Counted from the stretch's first letter, positions 23,841 to 32,917 are shown. The stretch: DNA of 46,273 bases from a virus (IMGVR_UViG_3300030037_000009:1-46273); one strand, 5' to 3'. Notes: generated by a model from the sequence alone, not told the origin. Numbers and translations: made by a program.

Positions 23841-24452
23841 ATGGCAAATATAGGAAGCACAATCAAGGCAAAGAGCGACCAACTGAACGCGGGTGATTTG
23901 ATAGGTGGTGGCGTTACTGTAACGGTAAAGTCCGCATCACTTGGCGGTAGGGATCAACCTTTATCAATCGAGCTGCAAGAGGACTACCAGACGTTTAAGC
24001 CATGCTTATCAATGCGTCGAGTCCTTGCAAAAATATGGGGATTGGAAAGCGACGACTGGATAGGTAAGCAAATGACACTGTATTGTGACCCTACAGTCAA
24101 ATGGGCTGGCAAAGAGGAAGGAGGTATACGTATTTCTCACATGGAAGGGGTAAAAGTTAACGCGCCCGTTCCCGTTACAGTTAGAAAGAACAAGCGAGAA
24201 ACGATCACCTACAACATAGAAGCACTTGCACCCAAAGCAAAGGCACCCGTTGCCAAGCAAGAGCCCGTTATATCCGCTGAGCAATTCGCAATACTTTCAC
24301 CTTTGGCCACATGCGCGGGGGAAAACGGCGCTACGGTATGGACGCAAACGGCTTGTGACGTTATGACGGAAAACAAAATTCCCAACATTGACCAACTACC
24401 CGCGTCTAAATTCGATCTAGTTAAAAAGCAGCTAGAAGCCAACAACGTATAA
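23841..24452 (+). CDS. Putative ssDNA-binding/annealing partner (KSDQLNAxDL type)
   Basis: Directly follows exonuclease; WIGKQMTLY, GGIRISH. Confidence 0.55.
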   Translation: MANIGSTIKAKSDQLNAGDLIGGGVTVTVKSASLGGRDQPLSIELQEDYQTFKPCLSMRRVLAKIWGLESDDWIGKQMTLYCDPTVKWAGKEEGGIRISHMEGVKVNAPVPVTVRKNKRETITYNIEALAPKAKAPVAKQEPVISAEQFAILSPLATCAGENGATVWTQTACDVMTENKIPNIDQLPASKFDLVKKQLEANNV

Positions 24453-24488
24453 TTTAACAGGGGCTACGGCCCCGAATAGGGACATAAA

Positions 24489-24704
24489 ATGAAAAAAATA
24501 TTCGAAAGTTTAGCAATGATTGTTTGTATTATTTGCATTGCGTCTGCTACGACAGCGACCCCCGTGTCCATTGTTTATAGCATTTACTTGTGGGGAGGCG
24601 AGGGTCACGAAATTGGCTATTCAGCATGGGAAGGCGTGAAGAATTGGGTCTTAATGCTTTCCGCCTTAATTCCTGCCGTAATTTCTTATCTGGCCATTAA
24701 ATAA
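24489..24704 (+). CDS. Small membrane protein
   Basis: Two hydrophobic segments; AGGGA RBS. Confidence 0.65.
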   Translation: MKKIFESLAMIVCIICIASATTATPVSIVYSIYLWGGEGHEIGYSAWEGVKNWVLMLSALIPAVISYLAIK

Positions 24705-24736
24705 CAACATTCAACCAAACTTAAGGACAATATAAA

Positions 24737-26215
24737 ATGACACCTGAAACAAAAGAAATGCGCGAAGCAACTCAATCTAAAGCAGTAGAAGAAACTCAAA
24801 GCGGCCCCGTCGTCGCCATCCAATACCCTGAAAAATGGGAGTACAGCGAGAACGAGAAAAGCGCGGGTGAACTTGCAAAGAAGTACGAGCGGTTTAAAGC
24901 CTTAAGCCCAGATGACAAGGAAGGATACAAAGAACTCGTCCTAGCTATTGCCGATATGAGAACGCGACGAACCGACGTTGCAAAGCAAGAGAAGGTTATC
25001 AAAGACCCTCTAAACAAATTCCGTGACGTTGTTATCAAAACATCTAAGGCCGTTCGTGGTCTTCTGGGTAAGACTGAGGACGATCTAAAGGCAACAAAAA
25101 CCCGTATTGATGACATTCTAGGCGAACGCAAACTAGCAATGCAACGGCTGTGGCAAGAGAATCTAAACAGCATTTCTCTATCTGTTTCTGAAATATCAGG
25201 ATTTTCAAAAGAGAAACTTAGCGAGTTTTTGGCTTTTCTAAATAACTATGATTTCAAGGCGTTAGACTTTGGCGAATACATCGAGCAAGCAAAGGCCGCC
25301 GTTGACAATGCAATAAATACAGTTGCCGAAAGAATCGAAATTCTAGAAGAAAAAGAGCGCCTTAGATTGGAACGGCTCCACCAAGAAAATCTAAACATCG
25401 TGCATGGCTTGGCTAATCAGCTTGATTTAAAGACAGACGAGGCATTGCAGGATTTGGGCGAACGGCTAAACAATTTCGATTTGTCGTCAATGGAGTTTGG
25501 CGATTCATTAGAAGAGGCTAGGGAGGCTGTAGAACTTGCCTTGCTTAGGTGTCGAGCAGAATACAAACGCCGGTCTGAGGCCAAAGCAGAAAGGCATAGG
25601 CTAAAGCTTGAGGCTGAAACCCGCGAACGTGAAGAGTCAGAACGCAAAGCAAACGAAGCCGCCGAACAGAAAATACGCGACGACGAGAAAGCAGAGGCCG
25701 ATAGAAAGCAGGCTGAAACCGACGCGGAAAATCAACGGTTGCGCGACCAGATTGCAGCTATGGAAAAGGAGAAAGAGCCGGAGCCGGAACCAGAACCGTT
25801 GCCAGAATACAATGAAAAATGGGATGGAGAATATGAAGCCCCCTTTCCTGAATGCCTGAGAACAACTGGCGTTGACATGGCAAGCGGGCCTGACTCCACT
25901 GTTGAGGCTGTTGTTGAAATAGATAACGGCGAGATTGTGAACATAACCCCTGTTGCTGGTCGTGCCGCTGCCATTGAGCAAGAGCCTGAATCTACTGTAG
26001 TTCGTGAAGAGCCAAAGCAGGTTGAAGAAATCAACGAAAACTTAGGCGACCGTAACGAGTTAAAGGCTTGGGCCAAAGAGATAGAGACGGCAATAAACAA
26101 CGGCCCGATAAACCAACTGTACAGCGGAAAGGCAACGCGTGCTGTCAATGCGGTTTATGACCAGCTAAACCAAATCACTGAATATTTAAACAAAACCGCT
26201 GAGAGCCTAAGATAA
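24737..26215 (+). CDS. Long coiled-coil protein (DUF1351-like N-terminus) with internal duplication
   Basis: Repeat WQENLNSI..DFGEYIEQAKAAV / HQENLNIV..EFGDSLEEAREAV; EPEPEPEP linker. Confidence 0.7.
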   Translation: MTPETKEMREATQSKAVEETQSGPVVAIQYPEKWEYSENEKSAGELAKKYERFKALSPDDKEGYKELVLAIADMRTRRTDVAKQEKVIKDPLNKFRDVVIKTSKAVRGLLGKTEDDLKATKTRIDDILGERKLAMQRLWQENLNSISLSVSEISGFSKEKLSEFLAFLNNYDFKALDFGEYIEQAKAAVDNAINTVAERIEILEEKERLRLERLHQENLNIVHGLANQLDLKTDEALQDLGERLNNFDLSSMEFGDSLEEAREAVELALLRCRAEYKRRSEAKAERHRLKLEAETREREESERKANEAAEQKIRDDEKAEADRKQAETDAENQRLRDQIAAMEKEKEPEPEPEPLPEYNEKWDGEYEAPFPECLRTTGVDMASGPDSTVEAVVEIDNGEIVNITPVAGRAAAIEQEPESTVVREEPKQVEEINENLGDRNELKAWAKEIETAINNGPINQLYSGKATRAVNAVYDQLNQITEYLNKTAESLR

Positions 26216-26547
26216 TGTTCACAACTCCAACCAGAACAATTTTAGGACTAGGGCAAGGCTTGGCAGTAATCGACCAAGAGAGCGTATGGCGTAGGCTGGG
26301 CGACTTGAACGACATTATGATAGCTGACGATATGGAGCCAGAAGAAAAACGCCTAGCTGTTGAATTAAAGGGCTACATGATGGAGCGCGTAACGGCCAAT
26401 CATCACACAAATGTTATCCAGAAGCGCAAAGGGTTAGGCTCGAAAAAGGCTGACGAAACATCATACGACTTGATGGTTAGACATAACCAACGATTACGCG
26501 GATTGATTCAGGCTAAATCAGCGATCGATCAAAGCAATTATCATTAA
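26215..26547 (+). CDS. Hypothetical protein
   Basis: TAATG-coupled. Confidence 0.7.
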   Translation: MFTTPTRTILGLGQGLAVIDQESVWRRLGDLNDIMIADDMEPEEKRLAVELKGYMMERVTANHHTNVIQKRKGLGSKKADETSYDLMVRHNQRLRGLIQAKSAIDQSNYH

Positions 26548-26569
26548 CAACAAACGGGATTAAATAATC

Positions 26570-26740
26570 ATGAAAAGATATGCAAGCTGGGGATCAGACA
26601 AAACTTATAGATGGGTGTGGAGAGCGGCCTTACAGGACGCAATATTTGCATTCAAGAACAGAATGAATAGATCAAATGAGCGAGGCCCTTATAACAACGG
26701 GCAGAACAATGAGGGTGACGTGATAGATAACTCCCAATAA
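26570..26740 (+). CDS. 56-aa hypothetical protein MKRYASWGSDKTYRWVWRAA...
   Basis: Hand translated; GGGA RBS; stop abuts the convergent ORF. Confidence 0.5.
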   Translation: MKRYASWGSDKTYRWVWRAALQDAIFAFKNRMNRSNERGPYNNGQNNEGDVIDNSQ

Positions 26741-26959
26741 TCAATCAAACCGCTGAATAATCTCATCCTCATAATACGGATAAATTTGTTCAATATCTAA
26801 CATATCGCAAAGCATAGAAAGGGCTGTGATATTGCCGGTAAATCGTCCTGATTGTTCCGGTAATTTCATAGCGTGCGTGGTCTTCAATAGCTTATGTTCA
26901 ACAAGCGCATAGTCTGATTCTAGCGCCCTATTGAGCTGGTTTATTAATTGATCACGCAT
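26741..26959 (-). CDS. Hypothetical protein
   Basis: AAGGTG RBS; starts just beyond the operator at 26977. Confidence 0.65.
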   Translation of the reverse strand: MRDQLINQLNRALESDYALVEHKLLKTTHAMKLPEQSGRFTGNITALSMLCDMLDIEQIYPYYEDEIIQRFD

Positions 26960-26976
26960 AATCTTTCACCTTTTTA

Positions 26977-27016
26977 CTAAACAATAGTTTACAAGGTAGG
27001 ACAATTGCCCTACTAT
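26977..27016 (+). promoter_or_regulatory. Sigma70 promoter with overlapping operator palindrome
   Basis: CTAAACAATAGTTTAC; TTTACA-17-TACTAT. Confidence 0.85.
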
Positions 27017-27063
27017 TCATTTGTACCAAGCAAACACACAATTCTAAATTTGAGGTTTACATT

Positions 27064-27339
27064 ATGTCACAGAAAATCAGCTTCCAAAATAAGACAGTTT
27101 CAATTGAAGCTATGGACTTAACTTTTGATCAAATGGGTGATATGGAAAAAGCGCTCACAGAACAGGCAATTTACGCCTTCACTGATAATGTAAATGTAGC
27201 AGAGGGTCAACGAATTGTAGAATTGGGTAAGAAATTTGGGCTTGTAATAAACCCTATGCCCGAAGACGTTGAGCCAGAAACAGCGTCAACAGAAGAAACA
27301 CCAGAAGAGCTGTATCAAGTTGCCGGGTCTTCTCAATAA
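27064..27339 (+). CDS. Acidic hypothetical protein
   Basis: GAGG RBS, first gene after promoter. Confidence 0.75.
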   Translation: MSQKISFQNKTVSIEAMDLTFDQMGDMEKALTEQAIYAFTDNVNVAEGQRIVELGKKFGLVINPMPEDVEPETASTEETPEELYQVAGSSQ

Positions 27340-27626
27340 TGGAATTCCTTTTCATTGATGAAGATGGTTCTTTGTCGGTAGCTGACCACATACCCGAAGA
27401 TGTTCAAAAAGGTCACGAGGCTGGCGTAACGACCATTATCAACACTGCTTATGGTGCTGTACTTAGACCCGATAAAGAGTGGGAAGAAATACGGGAAATC
27501 CCTTCGCCGCCAGAACTAAAGCACAAGGTAAGAATGGGGGGCAGAGGTTCTGGCAAAGCCAATTTAGCAAGAGAGCATTTTGTTGATTCTGTAATCAATA
27601 AAACAATCTGCAAGAAAGGTGAATAA
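27339..27626 (+). CDS. Hypothetical protein with GGRGSGK motif
   Basis: TAATG-coupled. Confidence 0.7.
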   Translation: MEFLFIDEDGSLSVADHIPEDVQKGHEAGVTTIINTAYGAVLRPDKEWEEIREIPSPPELKHKVRMGGRGSGKANLAREHFVDSVINKTICKKGE

Positions 27627-27846
27627 GCCAGCATACGCAGTCCTTTTAACGTCAGACCTGGGGCCGGAAATCGCACACACCGGCTTTGGGGATGGCGGCC
27701 TAAGAGATTGTCAGGCATATGCGCAACGGCTCACAGAAACAAAACAGGGGGCGGCTGAAGTGGGAATATTTCAGCCGCTAACCAAACAGGAACAAAGGGA
27801 ATTATCAAATGGAACAATTCAACAAAGAAGACGTGTACGACAATGA
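27619..27846 (+). CDS. Hypothetical protein
   Basis: Overlapping packed ORF. Confidence 0.55.
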   Translation: MNKPAYAVLLTSDLGPEIAHTGFGDGGLRDCQAYAQRLTETKQGAAEVGIFQPLTKQEQRELSNGTIQQRRRVRQ

Positions 27847-28072
27847 AATTAGTCCGCTAATGACTAAAATCATTGCTATTTGCAAAGAACATAAAATACC
27901 CATGCTTGCCACGTTTACATATGAGAACCACGAAGAAAGAGGCGTTGGAAAATGTACAACCCTGCTAAATGGTTTTGAAGGACGACACGACGAATCGAAC
28001 CAAGAAGCTAATTGCATTATTCGAAGTGGACAAAGCCAATCCATTACAATGGCCATAATAAAAGAGGGTTAA
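27809..28072 (+). CDS. Hypothetical protein (KEDVYDNEISPLM..IIAICKEHKIPM)
   Basis: AAGGGA RBS. Confidence 0.75.
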   Translation: MEQFNKEDVYDNEISPLMTKIIAICKEHKIPMLATFTYENHEERGVGKCTTLLNGFEGRHDESNQEANCIIRSGQSQSITMAIIKEG

Positions 28073-28075
28073 CCA

Positions 28076-28468
28076 ATGCCAAGAGGCCAACAGGAAAGCA
28101 AAGAACAAAGCGCGGTTGTACGGTGGTTTAAAATGCAATATCAAGATTACCAGGAATGCATTGTAGCCATACCAAACGGGGCTCATCTAGCAGGCAAGAC
28201 GCCAACCGATAGAGCTAAACAAATGGCAAAGATGAAGCGCGAAGGGTTGAAGCCTGGAGCCTCTGACCTGTTCATTGCTGTCCCTGTTGGCGACCTATCC
28301 GGCTTATGGTTGGAAATGAAAAAAACGGGTGAAACTTATAGCTCTGTAAAAACAAATCAACGCGAACACCTGGCACTAATGAAGCAAATGGGATACGGCG
28401 CTGAATGGGCTGCCGGTATCGATCAAGCAATAAACATAATTAAAAAATATATGGATGGTAAATCATGA
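28076..28468 (+). CDS. VRR-NUC domain nuclease / resolvase
   Basis: ESKEQ..AIPNG..KREGLKPGASDL..LWLEMK..NQ. Confidence 0.9.
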   Translation: MPRGQQESKEQSAVVRWFKMQYQDYQECIVAIPNGAHLAGKTPTDRAKQMAKMKREGLKPGASDLFIAVPVGDLSGLWLEMKKTGETYSSVKTNQREHLALMKQMGYGAEWAAGIDQAINIIKKYMDGKS

Positions 28469-28911
28469 AATACTTCTTGTTAGTTTTAATACTTATTTCC
28501 CCTTCTGCGCATTCTACTGATCTAATTCTGGGCGGCTGGTCTAGCCACGGGTCACAATCAGAATACGAAAAGTTAAACGAAGTGCACTATGCGTTTGGCG
28601 TTATATTAGATAATGGCCTGACGCTTATCACGTTCAAAAACTCGTTCTATAAACAATCTGCCGTTGTTGGATACACCAAAGAATTGTCTAAATACAATCA
28701 CGGTAAATACAGTGTTTCCACATCGGTGACACTGGGCGTTGTTACTGGCTATTCAGAAGAGCAAGCAGAAGGCGCGTGGTTAGGCGGGGGCGCGTCAATG
28801 TACTTGCTTCCAACGCTAACCATTGGATACGATCGATTTAAAATTGATACGGGTATTTCAATTGCTTTCGATAAGGCGCTTATAACCAATAATCTTAGGT
28901 ATACGTTTTAA
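28465..28911 (+). CDS. PagP-like outer-membrane beta-barrel protein
   Basis: Sec signal ending AHS, GGWSSH, LNE, FKNS, amphipathic strands, C-terminal LRYTF. Confidence 0.7.
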   Translation: MKYFLLVLILISPSAHSTDLILGGWSSHGSQSEYEKLNEVHYAFGVILDNGLTLITFKNSFYKQSAVVGYTKELSKYNHGKYSVSTSVTLGVVTGYSEEQAEGAWLGGGASMYLLPTLTIGYDRFKIDTGISIAFDKALITNNLRYTF

Positions 28912-28917
28912 AACGCT

Positions 28918-29217
28918 TTGCTGTCGGAGGGTAGAGTTTTGGATCAAGAAATAATTACGCTAAATGAAGAGCAAATTAAAGCGTTTAAATCTATGGAACG
29001 TGCTTTCAAGAAGTGCCAGGAAGCGAATGTGATGTTCTACACGGTTCTCGAAACATTACACTTTATCAATGGGGATAAAGTCGCCTGCATTGACACTGAT
29101 GAAAGCGGTATGGATGGGCCGCGAGTGGATGACATATTGGATACCAGCTACTCGCTAATCGACTCTGGTCTTGCGGGGTTCGCTGATGACACTCACTACG
29201 TAGAGTTAAAGAAATAA
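28918..29217 (+). CDS. Hypothetical protein
   Basis: ORF; GGAGG suggests the TTG at 28939 as true start. Confidence 0.7.
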   Translation: MLSEGRVLDQEIITLNEEQIKAFKSMERAFKKCQEANVMFYTVLETLHFINGDKVACIDTDESGMDGPRVDDILDTSYSLIDSGLAGFADDTHYVELKK

Positions 29218-29254
29218 ATATCTTATTTGTCGAATAAGAGAGTAAAAAAGGGGG

Positions 29255-29572
29255 CTAATTGCCCCCTCTCTTTTTCATTGCCTGTTCTAAGCTTTTAATT
29301 TCCAGCTTTGTTTGCTTCAACTTCTGGCTCTTTATTCTCTTGTCGTAACCCCACGAAGCCAGCTTTACATATATTGCAATAGCCGCGCCAATAGCACCAA
29401 GAGCCCCGGCCACAACACCAAGAGCCCCCGATAATTCAGCGTAATATACACCAAAGGAAACGGCCCCGGCTGTTGGGCCAAACTTTGGATTGTTGATTAA
29501 CTCAGTCCCCACCTTAGCCGCCGTATCAATGTATAAATCAAGCCTACTTTTTACCTCCTGAAACATATTCAC
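29255..29572 (-). CDS. Membrane protein, holin-like
   Basis: Gly/Ala-rich TM then Lys-rich coiled coil; last gene of the late operon. Confidence 0.6.
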   Translation of the reverse strand: MNMFQEVKSRLDLYIDTAAKVGTELINNPKFGPTAGAVSFGVYYAELSGALGVVAGALGAIGAAIAIYVKLASWGYDKRIKSQKLKQTKLEIKSLEQAMKKRGGN

Positions 29573-29708
29573 TCGCCTCTATCTCTATGTTTTTATCAGT
29601 TTTTGCTTTCTCTTCCATAGTAACAGTTAGTACAACCGAAACAATAAAAGCAATCGCAATGGTTATTATAGCAAGCCTTCGGAAACTTAGGGTTACATTC
29701 TCGGGCAT
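29544..29708 (-). CDS. 54-aa single-TM protein MPENVTLSFRRLAIITIAIAFIVSVVLTV...
   Basis: Hand translated; AGAGG RBS. Confidence 0.6.
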   Translation of the reverse strand: MPENVTLSFRRLAIITIAIAFIVSVVLTVTMEEKAKTDKNIEIEASEYVSGGKK

Positions 29709-29730
29709 GGTAATACCTCTTTAGTTAATA

Positions 29731-31401
29731 TCAAAAATCCTCCCGCCAATTTAATGACGCTGACATTTCAGAGGGCGAACCACTAGAAACACTCGAACTT
29801 ATGACAAGTATGTCTCTTGGCAAAAGTAACAGTTTTCCGGTTAGATCTATAGGCGGTATACCTTCCTTTGTCATGACAAAGGAAAACATTAATTTCCCGC
29901 CTGAAACCGGATTATTATCCGTTGCAATCTGAACCGGTGAAGCTGGGTCTACTTCTGAAAATATAAAATCCCCTGTTATTGTTGGATTTTTCCTTATTTT
30001 AAATTTAGCCCTTTTTGTGGTATCCGTGCCAAGAGACATTAATAGAATAGATATTTCGACCCTGTTAATTCTTGCGGCGAATGTATACGGGTTCCTGATT
30101 GCTAAAATAGTCGTTTCTTCGGTGCCGATGTTTTCGGCATCAACTTCTATGCCCCTAGTGTCATCCGATTGCGTAGGGTCACCCTCAACAAATGCAGCAG
30201 CAGAGCCGCCGCGAACAATAACATTATCGCCTACCCCTAAATTCTGCGACGCCCAGCCTATTCTAAATGATGGATTTGACACGCTAGGGGCTAAGTGTTT
30301 GTTTGCGTACTCGATAACATGCACAAGTACAAAACAGCCGCTTTCAGGGCTTTCAACATAAAACCTTATCGCCCCAAAGCCTAAGTATTGGAATTGTATT
30401 TGGTAAACATTACCTTTTGTAACATCTAACCAGGCGCATGTATTCCTGTTCCACTGGGTGCGCGGCGTCCATTCGTCGGTTATATAAACGCCTTCAACGT
30501 CTTGACTCCATGCCGCAACAGATGTTGCTGAGCTAAAGCTATACGCCCCCTCGGGGCCGTCTAAAACGCCAGTGCATACAACCTTATCCATTACGCTTTC
30601 GAAGTCATGGAGCGGGTCGTTTGCTTCTAAATATAAGGCTATCTCATAGGCGTTATGCTCTACACTTCCGGCCGTTATTGGCACTGTAAAAGGGGTGCCG
30701 TTGACTGTTATTGTGGCGTTTTCGATTCCATTTGCCGCCGTTGATATAGTTAATGTTTGTGACTCTGCCACCCCGTCGTGCGCCAGCAGTATTCCGAACT
30801 CGTTGTTGTTGTAGCCAAAACCCATACGGTTCTCGGCGGTTAGCAGTCCAGCGAGGCACCTATTACCTGCTGAGCTGTTATCAAATAACGCCGTAATTCT
30901 AACGAGTCCACCCTGTCCCGCCTTGTAGCTTAGCTGTCTTGTTGTGTGTAGAGAAACGACGCCAAATGGATGTAATCCAGATTGAGCAACAAAAACATTG
31001 TTCTCTGTTGTGGCCGAAGATCCTGGGCCTAATATTGGTCTAGTCGTGTCAAGAATCCCATAGGTTGCTGTTATTTGGGTGATGCTGGTAGGCTGAGCAA
31101 CTGACAATTCGCCAAATGCTGTCTTTTGGAAGCTTTCAAAAGCCTTGTTGGATTCTTTCGGTATGAGTGCAACCTCCACTATACCCGTATATGATCGCAA
31201 ATATAGCCGCTCTCCTGGCAACAAAACAACAGAAACCCCAGCCGCACCTATAGAGAATCCAGGGCTTTCGACAGATGGAATCGAGATACCAACACAGCCT
31301 ATTGCTTTAATTTCACCGCTTACTAGCCTAACAATCCCATTAAACGGGGATGAATGTATAAGCACCCATTCCTCCCCCGCTGATCCGTTTACATTAGCCA
31401 T
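29731..31401 (-). CDS. Putative second receptor-binding/tail protein (beta-sandwich, lectin-like)
   Basis: AFGELSVAQPT, YKAGQG, NVYQIQFQYLGFGAIRF; follows the tail fibre. Confidence 0.6.
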   Translation of the reverse strand: MANVNGSAGEEWVLIHSSPFNGIVRLVSGEIKAIGCVGISIPSVESPGFSIGAAGVSVVLLPGERLYLRSYTGIVEVALIPKESNKAFESFQKTAFGELSVAQPTSITQITATYGILDTTRPILGPGSSATTENNVFVAQSGLHPFGVVSLHTTRQLSYKAGQGGLVRITALFDNSSAGNRCLAGLLTAENRMGFGYNNNEFGILLAHDGVAESQTLTISTAANGIENATITVNGTPFTVPITAGSVEHNAYEIALYLEANDPLHDFESVMDKVVCTGVLDGPEGAYSFSSATSVAAWSQDVEGVYITDEWTPRTQWNRNTCAWLDVTKGNVYQIQFQYLGFGAIRFYVESPESGCFVLVHVIEYANKHLAPSVSNPSFRIGWASQNLGVGDNVIVRGGSAAAFVEGDPTQSDDTRGIEVDAENIGTEETTILAIRNPYTFAARINRVEISILLMSLGTDTTKRAKFKIRKNPTITGDFIFSEVDPASPVQIATDNNPVSGGKLMFSFVMTKEGIPPIDLTGKLLLLPRDILVISSSVSSGSPSEMSASLNWREDF

Positions 31402-31429
31402 TTTCTACACTCTTTTTGTTATTTTTACA

Positions 31430-32917
31430 TTATGTTTTTATGTACCATTCCACGGCTGGCGTAACTTCTGTTCGCGTTGAAGCTATGATTCTATTGCCGT
31501 TATTGTCGGCCATTATCACAGTGCCGCTGCTACCGTTTACTGCTATACGCCCGCCAAAGCTATTTCCCGGCGCGCCTCCCACAACGAATGAATCAACGCC
31601 GCCCGGTGACCTTAAATTGTTACCTTCGCTTGATCCTGAAATCCACAAATCGCTATTACCAGGATCAACAGAAATACCCACGACACCCTCACCAGTGTAT
31701 TGAACAGCTAGGATAGGTCTAAAATTACCTGCGCCATTCTGCAATACATAAATCTGGTCCCTGGCGTTCGTGCTTCCGCTTTGGTCTGTCACATTGTCCG
31801 CAACATATACGGTTCCGGTAATGGAGTCTACGCCTATTCTACTGGGTCTTAACCCTGGGTAGCGTCCTACAGACGTAAATACAGACGTTCCACTGTCCAT
31901 CCTGTAGACCACTGAATCTGCCGGGGTTGACGTGCCGCTAATAATCCATAAATCCCCTGTCGCAACATTCATTGCCATATCTGCAATATTTGATTCTGGG
32001 TATGAACCGTGAACTATAAACGAACCTGATCCGCCAGGTAGACGGTACAAAGTACCTCCAAGATCACCAACAAAAACGTCACCGTTATTCGGGTTGACTG
32101 CTATGGTACCCGGCAATGATCCCGGGTAAGAACCTATTGCAGCCCACGCACCTGACCCGCCGGTTAATTTATAAACCGTATCGTTGCTACCGTCGCACGC
32201 AAAAACATCATTATTCGAGCTATTAACGGCAACGGCTAATGGTATGGTTCCTGGGTATCCAGTGCCAAGGGTGGCAAAGGCTGAGAAGCTATAAACGGGT
32301 CTAGCAAGCGCCGGTATACCCGCAAGAGTAAACCCACGCGCCAACATTCCGGCGCTATCACCAGAAGGTACGTGGTCGCCTGTGTCCTGAAATCTAGCGT
32401 CATTCTGCGTATTGGTTCTTACTTGCGAACCACCAGTACCAGCAATCAAAAATCTTGAGTCGTTCTGTGAGTTGGTTCTTTGCTGTCCACCCGACGTACC
32501 GCTTCGTGGATAGCCCGTACTTACAAGCACCCAATTGAATGTGCTGATTGGTACTGTATTCGTACCGGCTGCATTGATCACTTCATAAACACTTAACCCG
32601 GCCCCGGCATCATACCGAACGCGAGTACCAAAAGGATAGGCAACCGCCGTTCCGCCATTGCTTGCCGCTGGTGTATACAATGGGTATAGGTTTTGCTGCC
32701 AAAAATTTATATTCCCGGTTATGCCTTGCCATAGCTGGTTGTGCTGCGTTCGCAATATTGCCTTAGCATTGGTCTGGGTTGCCAAATCAAGGTCATAATC
32801 AGAACCCCAGCCTTCCTGTAGACTGAGTTCGCCACCACCTTGCGCTGTATCTGGAACGGCTGAAACATTGCCATTCTCGCCAAAACGGTATCTATACCAA
32901 CTAAATTGAGCTGTCAT
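31430..32917 (-). CDS. Tail fibre with C-terminal NHL-like beta-propeller
   Basis: N-terminal anchor F...G..VPD...GWGSDYDLD; six IAVN...DVFV-type repeats; ends WYIKT. Confidence 0.85.
   Translation of the reverse strand: MTAQFSWYRYRFGENGNVSAVPDTAQGGGELSLQEGWGSDYDLDLATQTNAKAILRTQHNQLWQGITGNINFWQQNLYPLYTPAASNGGTAVAYPFGTRVRYDAGAGLSVYEVINAAGTNTVPISTFNWVLVSTGYPRSGTSGGQQRTNSQNDSRFLIAGTGGSQVRTNTQNDARFQDTGDHVPSGDSAGMLARGFTLAGIPALARPVYSFSAFATLGTGYPGTIPLAVAVNSSNNDVFACDGSNDTVYKLTGGSGAWAAIGSYPGSLPGTIAVNPNNGDVFVGDLGGTLYRLPGGSGSFIVHGSYPESNIADMAMNVATGDLWIISGTSTPADSVVYRMDSGTSVFTSVGRYPGLRPSRIGVDSITGTVYVADNVTDQSGSTNARDQIYVLQNGAGNFRPILAVQYTGEGVVGISVDPGNSDLWISGSSEGNNLRSPGGVDSFVVGGAPGNSFGGRIAVNGSSGTVIMADNNGNRIIASTRTEVTPAVEWYIKT

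Noticed and set aside
14401-26995. Repeated palindrome as CRISPR repeats or att sites
   Set aside because: Copies are kilobases apart, coincide with promoter -35 boxes, and no cas or integrase gene is present
29731-32917. Diversity-generating retroelement or invertible fibre cassette
   Set aside because: No reverse transcriptase, invertase or TR/VR pair noticed; an exhaustive self-alignment was not possible
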